From positions 1 to 55,222 of IMG/VR virus record IMGVR_UViG_3300012942_000007: a stretch of DNA of 55,222 bases. The stretch is one strand, 5' to 3'. The translations under genes and the position numbers were made by a program. Shown piece by piece: positions 27,291 through 35,038 of the stretch. The first letter of the stretch is position 1, and each line of letters begins with the position of its first letter. This stretch comes from a virus (Duplodnaviria > Caudoviricetes). The notes under the pieces were generated by a model that saw nothing but the letters and a program-made list of their open reading frames with translations, had not been told where the DNA came from and did no database searches.

Positions 27291-28792
27291 TATGGACACG
27301 CGCCTGTTTTACCAAAATCCACCACCAATGTGCCGCTAGTATATCGGAGATCGTAGTATCTATTCCGTTTAAGTAGATCGAATTTACAAATTATCCCTGG
27401 ATCCTTAGGGCCGGATCCGCTGGGCAGCGTTACGTCATGGTGGTCCATGACGAGGAAGGGGTTGTCTGACCAGCTTTCAAAATACGGAAAAACAAGCTGT
27501 CCAACCAGAGGCAGCGCGATTTCCGCGCTTTGGGCCGCTTTATCAATAGGAATAAATGAAACGAAATAGTAATTTTTGATCGGATGATCTTGGGAAACGC
27601 TGAAAATGTCATCAGCAAGGTTGTTGGCAATATCATTCTCATACAGAGCTTGGCTTCTGGCAGCCGCGGCATAAATTGCTGTGATCTGGATGGTATAAAA
27701 GAGACTAATCGCTCCCAAAATGACGACAATGCGCCCGGACAATTTGACGCCTCCACGAAAAATAAAGGCGCCGTAAAGAGCCGGGATAAACCCCAAGGAG
27801 AGCAGCACTCTGACCATAAAAACAGGAGATTTCAGAACGCAAAGCGGGGCGATTGCTAGTGCTGGGATCGCCAAAAGAAGAAGAATAGCCCCAATCACTC
27901 TAGCGGTACCCGTGCCAGATGTAATGATCGCCACCATTGCGCTAAGGCCGAGCACAATCCCCGTGAATTTCATAGCCCAAAACAGGCCGCCTCCGGTGCC
28001 TTGCGAAATGACGTCCAGAAACCGATCAAAGTTGCTGGCCGTGACCAATGCCCAGTTCCCAGAGAAGTTTAGAGCGCTATGTGCGGCTGCATATTCGTCG
28101 GGGCTTGCGATGGCGTGTTTGATAAGCAAAAACGCCAAGGCGCCAAATGCAATTTGCCCCACCCGAACGACAAGTCTTTGTATGATATTTTGTGCAGAAT
28201 CGCTTGACATTAGCCCAAAAACGATTTCTGCGGCGCAAAGCATAAAAAATATTGAGATAGAAGCCTGATAAGTAAGCAAGGAGGCGGCCACAGCGACAGC
28301 GCCTCCAGCGAGCGATATGCCGAACGCTCCCGTCAAAAAGGGCGCCGCGGCCAAACCGACTGAAAGGCACATAAAAACGGAATCAAAGTGATAAGATAGA
28401 TTTTGGAGAAGAAACGGGTTCCCGCTAATAAAGAGAGCGCAAACCGTTCCAAGCCAAGGCGCGCCCGGCAGGTATTGACGACTGAACGCAATTTCTGTGG
28501 CGCTAAGAGCTATTGCGCCAAGTATCTGCGGCACAGGGAAAGAATCGGCGATATGCCTACCGCCAGAAAGAATAAAAAATATCAAAGACGCGAGAGGGCG
28601 GCTATCTGCTGCCCATGCAGCATAGCCATCAATCGCACGGCGCATATCATCAATATAATATCTGCCGGCGCTCACGACCAGAAAAGCTAAGCATAGATTA
28701 AATATTACAATGACCCATTCTGACTTGGAGAGAGATAGCCAATTCGGCATCTCGCTACCGCTAGAAACCGCTGTAATTTGGGTCACATTCAT
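27290..28792 (-). CDS. GtrII-like multi-pass glucosyltransferase (serotype conversion)
   Basis: 'YYIDD..R...GY..W....RPLA', 'NPFLLQNLSYHFDS', 'YQASI' motifs; many TM helices; AT-rich. Confidence 0.8.
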   Translation of the reverse strand: MNVTQITAVSSGSEMPNWLSLSKSEWVIVIFNLCLAFLVVSAGRYYIDDMRRAIDGYAAWAADSRPLASLIFFILSGGRHIADSFPVPQILGAIALSATEIAFSRQYLPGAPWLGTVCALFISGNPFLLQNLSYHFDSVFMCLSVGLAAAPFLTGAFGISLAGGAVAVAASLLTYQASISIFFMLCAAEIVFGLMSSDSAQNIIQRLVVRVGQIAFGALAFLLIKHAIASPDEYAAAHSALNFSGNWALVTASNFDRFLDVISQGTGGGLFWAMKFTGIVLGLSAMVAIITSGTGTARVIGAILLLLAIPALAIAPLCVLKSPVFMVRVLLSLGFIPALYGAFIFRGGVKLSGRIVVILGAISLFYTIQITAIYAAAARSQALYENDIANNLADDIFSVSQDHPIKNYYFVSFIPIDKAAQSAEIALPLVGQLVFPYFESWSDNPFLVMDHHDVTLPSGSGPKDPGIICKFDLLKRNRYYDLRYTSGTLVVDFGKTGACP

Positions 28793-29014
28793 TTCCGCAC
28801 ACCATTCGTCTCGTTGTAGGAAAGAAATTACGTAGCGGTAATTGCAATGTCGAGGGAGGCAAGGAAGATATTACCTTCGCAGGTTGGATTTTTCATCGAA
28901 CATGAACCAGCAACCTATTGATTGGTCAAAATAATGTAACAATAACAGGCCGTTTAATAGGCTTAAATTCCTAGTTGACTCGCAAAGCTGAATTGTTGTT
29001 TGCTCCGGAAAGGA

Positions 29015-29029
29015 GAACAATAGGAGAAC
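29015..29029 (+). promoter_or_regulatory. Alphaproteobacterial LexA (SOS) box
   Basis: GAAC-AATAGGA-GAAC, exact GAAC-N7-GAAC, overlapping the RBS of ORF 29036. Confidence 0.72.
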
Positions 29030-29035
29030 AAAGAA

Positions 29036-29302
29036 ATGACGAAAGAGGCGTCTTCATGCCCTCCGGTTGCGCTTATTGTCGAGAGCCATGCCCTTTACGG
29101 CGCCGAGTGCCAAGCTTCGCTTCTCCGGAGTATCGAGGCTACGCCAAAAAGCCAAAAGGGACAATTCGTCGACGTCTTCCACGAACTCACCGATCTTTGG
29201 CGCGACGTTGTTGTCCCCAGTAGGGGGCCAGTCTGTGCCGCGAGCAATCTCCGTCTCGTCTGGGTTAATGGCGTCGATAAGCCAACCTGCCGGGACCCTT
29301 AG
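29036..29302 (+). CDS. Candidate SOS-induced antirepressor, antisense within cI
   Basis: AGGAG RBS and LexA box directly upstream; 88 aa; function inferred only. Confidence 0.4.
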   Translation: MTKEASSCPPVALIVESHALYGAECQASLLRSIEATPKSQKGQFVDVFHELTDLWRDVVVPSRGPVCAASNLRLVWVNGVDKPTCRDP

Positions 29303-29482
29303 CTCTAAGGCTATTTTTTTTAGAGTAAGAGCGCCTGGCTCCGGTACTTTTTTGCCTTTCAACACGCCTATTTTCCCAATGTAGCCGCGGTCTACTCCGG
29401 CAGCGCGACTAATGGCATTGGCTGATCGCCCGTCTTTTACAATAGCCGCCATAATTCGTTTTTTGAGAAGTTCATACATCAT
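29054..29482 (-). CDS. cI: CI-like repressor (XRE HTH) without S24 peptidase domain
   Basis: N-terminal HTH 'SANAISRAAGVDRGYI...P...TL.KIA..L.V...WL'; divergent from cro; TAAAAT 5 nt before ATG suggests a leaderless mRNA. Confidence 0.8.
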   Translation of the reverse strand: MMYELLKKRIMAAIVKDGRSANAISRAAGVDRGYIGKIGVLKGKKVPEPGALTLKKIALELRVPAGWLIDAINPDETEIARGTDWPPTGDNNVAPKIGEFVEDVDELSLLAFWRSLDTPEKRSLALGAVKGMALDNKRNRRA

Positions 29483-29484
29483 GA

Positions 29485-29575
29485 GGGATTTTACCCTCAC
29501 ACGACTTGCCGCGCATTGGGGAAGATATCCCGCTTTTTAGCTTGACGAATGGGGGATAAATACCCCATACATTCC
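29485..29575. promoter_or_regulatory. OR operators, PRM and PR
   Basis: Three 13-bp GGG-N7-CC(C/T) sites (GGGATTTTACCCT, GGGAAGATATCCC, GGGATAAATACCC); TTGACG -35 before cro. Confidence 0.72.
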
Positions 29576-29577
29576 GC

Positions 29578-29808
29578 ATGCAAGTGCGTGAACAGATCAT
29601 TGAGCGTGTGCGCTCCTTCCTTTCTCAATCCGGCATGTCCGCGCGGCGCTTTGGCGTTGAAGCAGTCGGCGATAGCAAGTTTGTTTCCAGGCTTCATGGG
29701 GGGGCCGGAATTACATTGACGACGCTAGAGAAGGCGGAGGCGTTTATCGCCGCCCATCCTTCATGCCCCGCTCCCCCCAACGACTTCATCGGGGAGGGCG
29801 GGAAATGA
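29578..29808 (+). CDS. cro: Cro-like repressor
   Basis: 'FL...GMS...FG..AVGD..FV.RL..G...TL.T' alpha-phage Cro pattern. Confidence 0.8.
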   Translation: MQVREQIIERVRSFLSQSGMSARRFGVEAVGDSKFVSRLHGGAGITLTTLEKAEAFIAAHPSCPAPPNDFIGEGGK

Positions 29809-30026
29809 CCCTCCCCCTATTCGCAGAGATCAAGCGCCGCCACCCCACTATATCAAACGGGGAAGCCAGGCGTTTGGTCCGAGCCTCCCTTGTGAGAGTA
29901 AACGGCCACACGGCCCGTGATGAGGCGCAGCCCGTTAATTGCGATGATCAGATTGAGATGCCTGCTCAATCGCTTCCGCCAGCGAGCGAAGCTCCACATT
30001 CAGCCGATGGGACGCTTCTTCCATGA
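29805..30026 (+). CDS. Stand-alone S4-like RNA-binding domain protein
   Basis: 'SNGEARRLVRASLVRVNG......V..DD.I' S4 motif; ATGA-coupled to cro. Confidence 0.62.
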   Translation: MTLPLFAEIKRRHPTISNGEARRLVRASLVRVNGHTARDEAQPVNCDDQIEMPAQSLPPASEAPHSADGTLLP

Positions 30027-30553
30027 CGCTTTCCCGTTCCTCTGTAGGTAAGAATGCCGCCAGCACCGCAAATCCAGCGCGCAAGGCATCTAAGCGCGCC
30101 CTGGCCGAATTTCATTGCGGAGAGCTGAGCGCGAAGGCTTTCTTAAGCCGACCGCTCAACGCCTCTCCTAAGCTTATGGTTTGGGTCGTGCGGCAGCAAA
30201 GCCAAGATCAAATGCGTTTTGGTAATGGGGGCTACCTTCAATGCTGCTACGAAGCAGCCCTTCCAAATAGCCTAAAAGGTATGGGGCAAGGTCTTTCACC
30301 TGAATGGCTGGAGGGCTTTGTAGCTGGAGTTCAAGCGTCAGAGCAGCATTCTCAACAAATTCCTGACTCTGAATTTCAAAAGCGGCTCGATACCCGCAAG
30401 GAGCAATTCTGGGCTCGCTTGGTATCGAGAGTTCTGAGGCAGGCACATTTTCTAGGCGCGTCACTACAATCCCGATTTTCGACATGGAATTCCCTTTCCA
30501 GTGGTTGTGTCGCAACTCCATTGGATACCCGGAAGGAGGCGGTTCAGCAATGA
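30023..30553 (+). CDS. Hypothetical ORF (overlaps antisense ORF)
   Basis: ATGA-coupled at both ends, but composition atypical. Confidence 0.35.
   Translation: MTLSRSSVGKNAASTANPARKASKRALAEFHCGELSAKAFLSRPLNASPKLMVWVVRQQSQDQMRFGNGGYLQCCYEAALPNSLKGMGQGLSPEWLEGFVAGVQASEQHSQQIPDSEFQKRLDTRKEQFWARLVSRVLRQAHFLGASLQSRFSTWNSLSSGCVATPLDTRKEAVQQ
30174..30485 (-). CDS. Hypothetical protein on opposite strand (moron-like)
   Basis: AAGGGA RBS; protein-like sequence; AT-richer patch. Confidence 0.45.
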   Translation of the reverse strand: MSKIGIVVTRLENVPASELSIPSEPRIAPCGYRAAFEIQSQEFVENAALTLELQLQSPPAIQVKDLAPYLLGYLEGLLRSSIEGSPHYQNAFDLGFAAARPKP

Positions 30554-30640
30554 AGCCCTCCTTCCGGCTCTTCCTTAGCTGCCCGCATTGCCAGCGCACC
30601 CTTCGCGGCCCGCGTTGCTCCGGGTGCTTGGAGGTGGGCC

Positions 30641-30844
30641 GTGGCCATTGATCCCCGGATCCTCTGCAGCGTGCCCGGCCAGACGCCGGACGAAACCGCT
30701 ACCCATTCCCGGCGCGACGAACCCGGCACCGCAGCGCGGGATTTTTTCGTGAGCGTGGCCGTGTTCTTGGCGGTCATGTGGCCTGTCCTGGCAATCCTGT
30801 TTGTCCTGTTTGTGGTGATTCCTTTTTTGGTGCATCCCCTATGA
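30641..30844 (+). CDS. Small membrane protein
   Basis: GGAGG RBS; C-terminal TM helix. Confidence 0.45.
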   Translation: MAIDPRILCSVPGQTPDETATHSRRDEPGTAARDFFVSVAVFLAVMWPVLAILFVLFVVIPFLVHPL

Positions 30845-31168
30845 GCCGCTGGCTTTTCCCAATCCTCTGCATCATGGCTCTTGGCTTTGCCGCCATTTGC
30901 GGCTGGCATGTGCCCAGGCTGGTGATGCTATGACTCCCGTGCGGTATGGTCCCGGCCGCATCGGCTCCCGTTCTGACGGGCCTCTTTCCACCGTTGTTAA
31001 ACTTGGCACGGGCCTCTGTGCCCGCGTCCCTTTCCTTCGCGCTCCCCAGCGCATCCGGTCTTGTCCAGATGCCGCGTCTTGCTCCCCAGCTCGTGCGGCC
31101 CGTGATGTCAAAGTGTTGGCTCCTTTCGTGTTTGCCTCAACGTCTGACCCAATCAATGGAGCCAGACG

Positions 31169-31501
31169 ATGCGAAACAAAATGGAAAAACCTTACCGAAA
31201 GTTTCAGCATATGAGTGAAGCCCTCTCATATCGAGACGCCGCTTGCGGATATTTTCGCGATAAATGGTCGCCTCTACGAAACGCGCCGAAGCTGCTGGCG
31301 CGTGTCGCGGATGCAACCCCGCGCGCCGTCACGAATTGGCTAGCCGGCGAAGCCGCTCCGAACGGGGATACACTCATTACTTTGATGGCGCGTGATCCTG
31401 ACTTCAAAAACCTTATCCTTAAGCTTGTGGAGGACCGCGCATGCGGTGGACATTCTTTGCCGAATTCGGCTGGTGCGGCTTCGGAGCCAACCGAGGATTG
31501 A
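31169..31501 (+). CDS. CII-like HTH regulator
   Basis: 'K.LARVADATPRAV.NWL.G..AP....LI.L' HTH; start may be 31211. Confidence 0.6.
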   Translation: MRNKMEKPYRKFQHMSEALSYRDAACGYFRDKWSPLRNAPKLLARVADATPRAVTNWLAGEAAPNGDTLITLMARDPDFKNLILKLVEDRACGGHSLPNSAGAASEPTED

Positions 31502-31604
31502 TTCCGGAAGCGCGCCTTGGTTTCGTGCGTATCGCCTATGTAGGCGCTGGTATCGGTAGCCTTGTCGACGCCATTAAGGCTGGCGTGATTCAGCGGAGGT
31601 CAGC

Positions 31605-31925
31605 GTGATCGCCTGGCTAAAATCCCGCACCACCCTCATCGCCCAGCGCGACGAAGCGGTTTACCTGGCCCGCGATGCCGCCGCGAAATACGCAGCCGCG
31701 CAGGCCGAAATTGCCGACCTGAAATCGAGCCTGGAACATGCCCGGACCGAACTGCACCGTTCCGTCTGCAATGAGAGCGCGGCGTGCATCGAGGCCGTGA
31801 AGGCGGCGCAGCAGCTTACCAATGCGCGGCGTGAGATCGGCCGACTTGAGCAGAAACTTGCCCGTACCAGCGCCGCGCAGCCGCGTGATCGTAGTGGGCG
31901 GTTTGTGTCGACGGTTATGCCATAA
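31605..31925 (+). CDS. Coiled-coil hypothetical protein
   Basis: GGAGG RBS; C-terminal 'QPRD..GRF'. Confidence 0.6.
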   Translation: MIAWLKSRTTLIAQRDEAVYLARDAAAKYAAAQAEIADLKSSLEHARTELHRSVCNESAACIEAVKAAQQLTNARREIGRLEQKLARTSAAQPRDRSGRFVSTVMP

Positions 31926-32533
31926 TGAACCAGACAGCTTCGCGCCTTGTTGGTGCAAACCAAAGCCAAAATCGAGAAAAAGACGATTTTTATGCCACAA
32001 CACCTAATGCGGCACAGTCTTTATTTGATGTGGAACGGTTTGACGGGGGTATATGGGAGCCTGCTTGCGGCGATGGTGCAATTTGCAAAGTAGCAGAGGC
32101 GAACGGCTACGATGTGATAGCTTCCGATTTGGTTGATCGTGGTTACGGTGATGCCCGGCGCGATTTCTTGATGGAATATTCCCCGCGCGCTCCAAACATC
32201 GTTACTAATCCTCCTTTTAAACTGGCAACACAGTTTGTGCTGCATTCACTAAAGCTAGCGGCCGCCTTCCCGGGAAATCCAGAGGGGCGAAAAATCGCGA
32301 TGCTTCTTAAGGTGCCATATCTCGAAGGTGTAGAGCGCGCATCTGTTTTTGATAATGCTGGCTTTGCTCGACTGCATGTGTTTCGCCGCCGCGTATCCTT
32401 TTTGCGCGGTGGGACAGAGGCTCTTACGATGAACGGGAAGGGCGGCATGATCGCGTATGGATGGTTTGTTTGGGAGATTGGGTATGCGGGTGCTCCTACC
32501 ATTCATTGGCTTGATGGAGAGCCTTGCAAATGA
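31925..32533 (+). CDS. Putative DNA adenine methyltransferase
   Basis: 'DFY.T', 'IWEPACG.G', 'IVTNPPF', 'Y.WFVW'. Confidence 0.82.
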   Translation: MNQTASRLVGANQSQNREKDDFYATTPNAAQSLFDVERFDGGIWEPACGDGAICKVAEANGYDVIASDLVDRGYGDARRDFLMEYSPRAPNIVTNPPFKLATQFVLHSLKLAAAFPGNPEGRKIAMLLKVPYLEGVERASVFDNAGFARLHVFRRRVSFLRGGTEALTMNGKGGMIAYGWFVWEIGYAGAPTIHWLDGEPCK

Positions 32534-32859
32534 ACCAGATCCGTACGGCAGCACCGAACCCCGGCGCGGTACGGCCCGGAGCGGTGGACGATCTCTCCCG
32601 TGTCCCCGGTAGCCGCTCCGGGATTAATTCAGAGTGCGAAACGCTTGAGGCGCCGGCAATCAACAAGTTTGATGTCCTCGCCGCGCTCAATATCGAGTGC
32701 CGCAAGCCAGGCGGACAATCCGCTTTTGCTCGTCGAGCCGGGGTTTCAGAGGCATACATTAGCCAAGTGGTTAATGGGCAGAAAAGCCCGAGTCCTAGCA
32801 TCCTGCGTGCCCTCGGCTTTCGCAAAACAATCGTGGAAATTTATGAGAGGATCGTATGA
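32530..32859 (+). CDS. HTH (XRE) protein
   Basis: 'GGQSAFARRAGVSEAYISQVVNG.K.P'. Confidence 0.7.
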   Translation: MNQIRTAAPNPGAVRPGAVDDLSRVPGSRSGINSECETLEAPAINKFDVLAALNIECRKPGGQSAFARRAGVSEAYISQVVNGQKSPSPSILRALGFRKTIVEIYERIV

Positions 32860-33659
32860 GCGAGCAAGTAAAGACCGACGAGACCGCGCCATTGCCGGAT
32901 TCATGGTGCAATTTTGATGCGCGGCTGGTTCCGTTTTTGGCTGCTGCTGGGCAGGATGTTCTTGGCAGAGCGCGAGGCATCTCAATCTCTCCACATCCAT
33001 TGGGGGGAGTGTCGCTCGCGGCTACGTCCGGACCAATTCTGTGCGCCGCGCACGACCCATCTGGAAAAGTCAATGATGAGGGGATGAGTTTAGTCATTCC
33101 GCAGCTTGCCGTAGATGCGTGCAGGCCGCCGCGTCCAATGACATTTCCGGATCAAGGCGACGTTTTCGAGGTGCCGGCACCAGATTACTGCTGGCCGGAT
33201 CGAATCCTTTCTACCGGCGCCTCTCTGTTGGTTTGGCCAAAAGAACAACCTGTTGATCCGGGGCGCTGCGAGGAAGATGGGTTGCCACTCTGGTCGGGCA
33301 TTATCGAAACGGGACGAGTTTATCGTGAGGATGATTGCCGGCGGGAAAAGCCGTTTGATTGGTCGCGCATGATAAAATCCGTTGACCCAGATACTGCATC
33401 TCGTCCGGTTTATATTGGCACAGAAGTGATGGCCAAAGTTGCACAGGCAATGCGCGCTTCCGGCGTGGATTTTTGGCGCCAATTGCAAATCAATGACGAA
33501 ACGACGCTTTTTCTTCCTGCCAAAGAGCGCTTTGAAAGCGATAGTCCAAGTCTGGCAATTTACGTCGCGCACGGTCGCGCTGCAGCCCTTACTCCCGTAA
33601 TCGATACGCCCGACTGGCTTTCTGTTTTGGGCAAGAGGGAGTGCGTCGAAAATGTCTGA
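32856..33659 (+). CDS. Degenerate beta-clamp-like protein
   Basis: 'GI.I.P...GGV.L.AT.G..L..A.D..G' resembles the clamp-like ATDG motif. Confidence 0.45.
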   Translation: MSEQVKTDETAPLPDSWCNFDARLVPFLAAAGQDVLGRARGISISPHPLGGVSLAATSGPILCAAHDPSGKVNDEGMSLVIPQLAVDACRPPRPMTFPDQGDVFEVPAPDYCWPDRILSTGASLLVWPKEQPVDPGRCEEDGLPLWSGIIETGRVYREDDCRREKPFDWSRMIKSVDPDTASRPVYIGTEVMAKVAQAMRASGVDFWRQLQINDETTLFLPAKERFESDSPSLAIYVAHGRAAALTPVIDTPDWLSVLGKRECVENV

Positions 33660-33903
33660 AGCTAGCAACGTCGCAGGCGAGCGCCTGCTGTCCATCATCA
33701 CGCGCGTGGAGCGGCTTGAGGAAGAGCGGAAAGCGCTTGCCCAGGACATCAAGGACATTTTCCAGGAATGTAAGAGCGCAGGCTTTGAAGTTTCTGTTGT
33801 GAAGCAGCTCATCCGCATCCGGAAGATGGAGCCGGCAGAGGTGGCGGAAGCCGCGCAGATCCTGGATACCTATATGCATGCGATTGGGATGGCGGTTGAT
33901 TGA
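33652..33903 (+). CDS. gapR: GapR/DUF2312 nucleoid-associated protein
   Basis: 'L.SII.RVERLEEE.KAL..DIKDIF.E.K..GF.V.....IR.RK....E.....LD.Y..A.GM'. Confidence 0.9.
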   Translation: MSEASNVAGERLLSIITRVERLEEERKALAQDIKDIFQECKSAGFEVSVVKQLIRIRKMEPAEVAEAAQILDTYMHAIGMAVD

Positions 33904-34262
33904 TGCGCCACGCCGAGGACAAACTGCACGCCGAGATCGTGCGTGCGCTTGAAGTGATCCTGCCGCCATCCGTGGTTTGGTGGAGCAGCGAAAGCCGTGG
34001 CGTAGGAGTTCGAGAAGGTGCGCGCCGGAAAGCACGTGGTGTCAAGGCTGGCGTGCCTGACATGCAGTTCCATTTTGATAGCCGCTCGCACTTTATCGAG
34101 ATCAAGACCACGCAGGGCCGGATGAATGAGGCGCAGATAGCTATGGCGGCCTGGCTGAGAGGTGCCGGGCATCAGTACGATGTGTGCCGGTCCCTGGATG
34201 ATGTGATTGACTGCTTGCGCCGGGCTGGATGTCCGATGCGGATTGCGAGGATAGCAGCATAA
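33903..34262 (+). CDS. VRR-NUC nuclease (resolvase-like)
   Basis: 'GV.AGVPD', 'FIEIKT..GR....Q'. Confidence 0.82.
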   Translation: MRHAEDKLHAEIVRALEVILPPSVVWWSSESRGVGVREGARRKARGVKAGVPDMQFHFDSRSHFIEIKTTQGRMNEAQIAMAAWLRGAGHQYDVCRSLDDVIDCLRRAGCPMRIARIAA

Positions 34263-34621
34263 TGGAATCGCAGGTGCCCGCTTCTCCAACAGCCGGTCAG
34301 CGTCCGGCTGCAACGCCCATCCTGTCTAACGCGTACGCCCTGCAATCCATACCAGCGGACGCGCATGGCCAAACCGAACCGGGCAAAAACGTACTCGGCA
34401 AGGATGGGAAACGTAAAATTTTTCGTGACGCCCCGACACAGCGCGGCGTCCTAGCAGTCGCGCTCGCCTGCCTGGAGGGCGGCGAACCGTTTCCGAGCAG
34501 GGGCGAGATTGCCCTGGCCCTGCAGACCACGCCCAGTGCGATAGGCAATGCCGTGCATTCGCTGAAAAAGCGTGGCGCTTTGGTGCTCAAAGGGGCGCGG
34601 GTTTGGGAGGTGCGGCAATGA
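34262..34621 (+). CDS. Winged-HTH protein
   Basis: 'FPSRGEIA.AL......I.NAV.SL.KRG.L'. Confidence 0.6.
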   Translation: MESQVPASPTAGQRPAATPILSNAYALQSIPADAHGQTEPGKNVLGKDGKRKIFRDAPTQRGVLAVALACLEGGEPFPSRGEIALALQTTPSAIGNAVHSLKKRGALVLKGARVWEVRQ

Positions 34622-34827
34622 GACGACCACACCCACGCCGCCCCGCATCATGGAAAGAGCGCGAGCAGCAGGAAGAGATGCGGCAGCAGAAAATCCGCGC
34701 CTCGCTCGTCGCCAATTTCCCGCAAAACCGCCTGTGCGACGCGTGCCAGGCGCGTGACCCTTGGATTGATATTTGCCCGCAGTGCCGGGCCAACGCGGAG
34801 GCGTATGCTGATGGCCGACATTCTTGA
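34618..34827 (+). CDS. Small zinc-finger protein
   Basis: CDAC...CPQC; ATGA coupling. Confidence 0.5.
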   Translation: MRRPHPRRPASWKEREQQEEMRQQKIRASLVANFPQNRLCDACQARDPWIDICPQCRANAEAYADGRHS

Positions 34828-35038
34828 GTTGTCATCTTTCCGAGGTGCTTTAAGCGCCGTGAGCGCAACGCGCTATGACGCTTTTTGCGCCGCACGCCGG
34901 GATTTTATTGCCGCTGCGATTGCGTGGATCAAAACCGATGACGCCGATCCTGAGATCGTGGCGCTTGAAATCGATGGGGCGCTTAATGCCATCCGTGCGC
35001 TTCCGGCTTGCCTTGGAAAGGGTGACGTAAATGCCTGA
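34805..35038 (+). CDS. Hypothetical protein
   Basis: GGAGG RBS; overlaps helicase start. Confidence 0.45.
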   Translation: MLMADILELSSFRGALSAVSATRYDAFCAARRDFIAAAIAWIKTDDADPEIVALEIDGALNAIRALPACLGKGDVNA

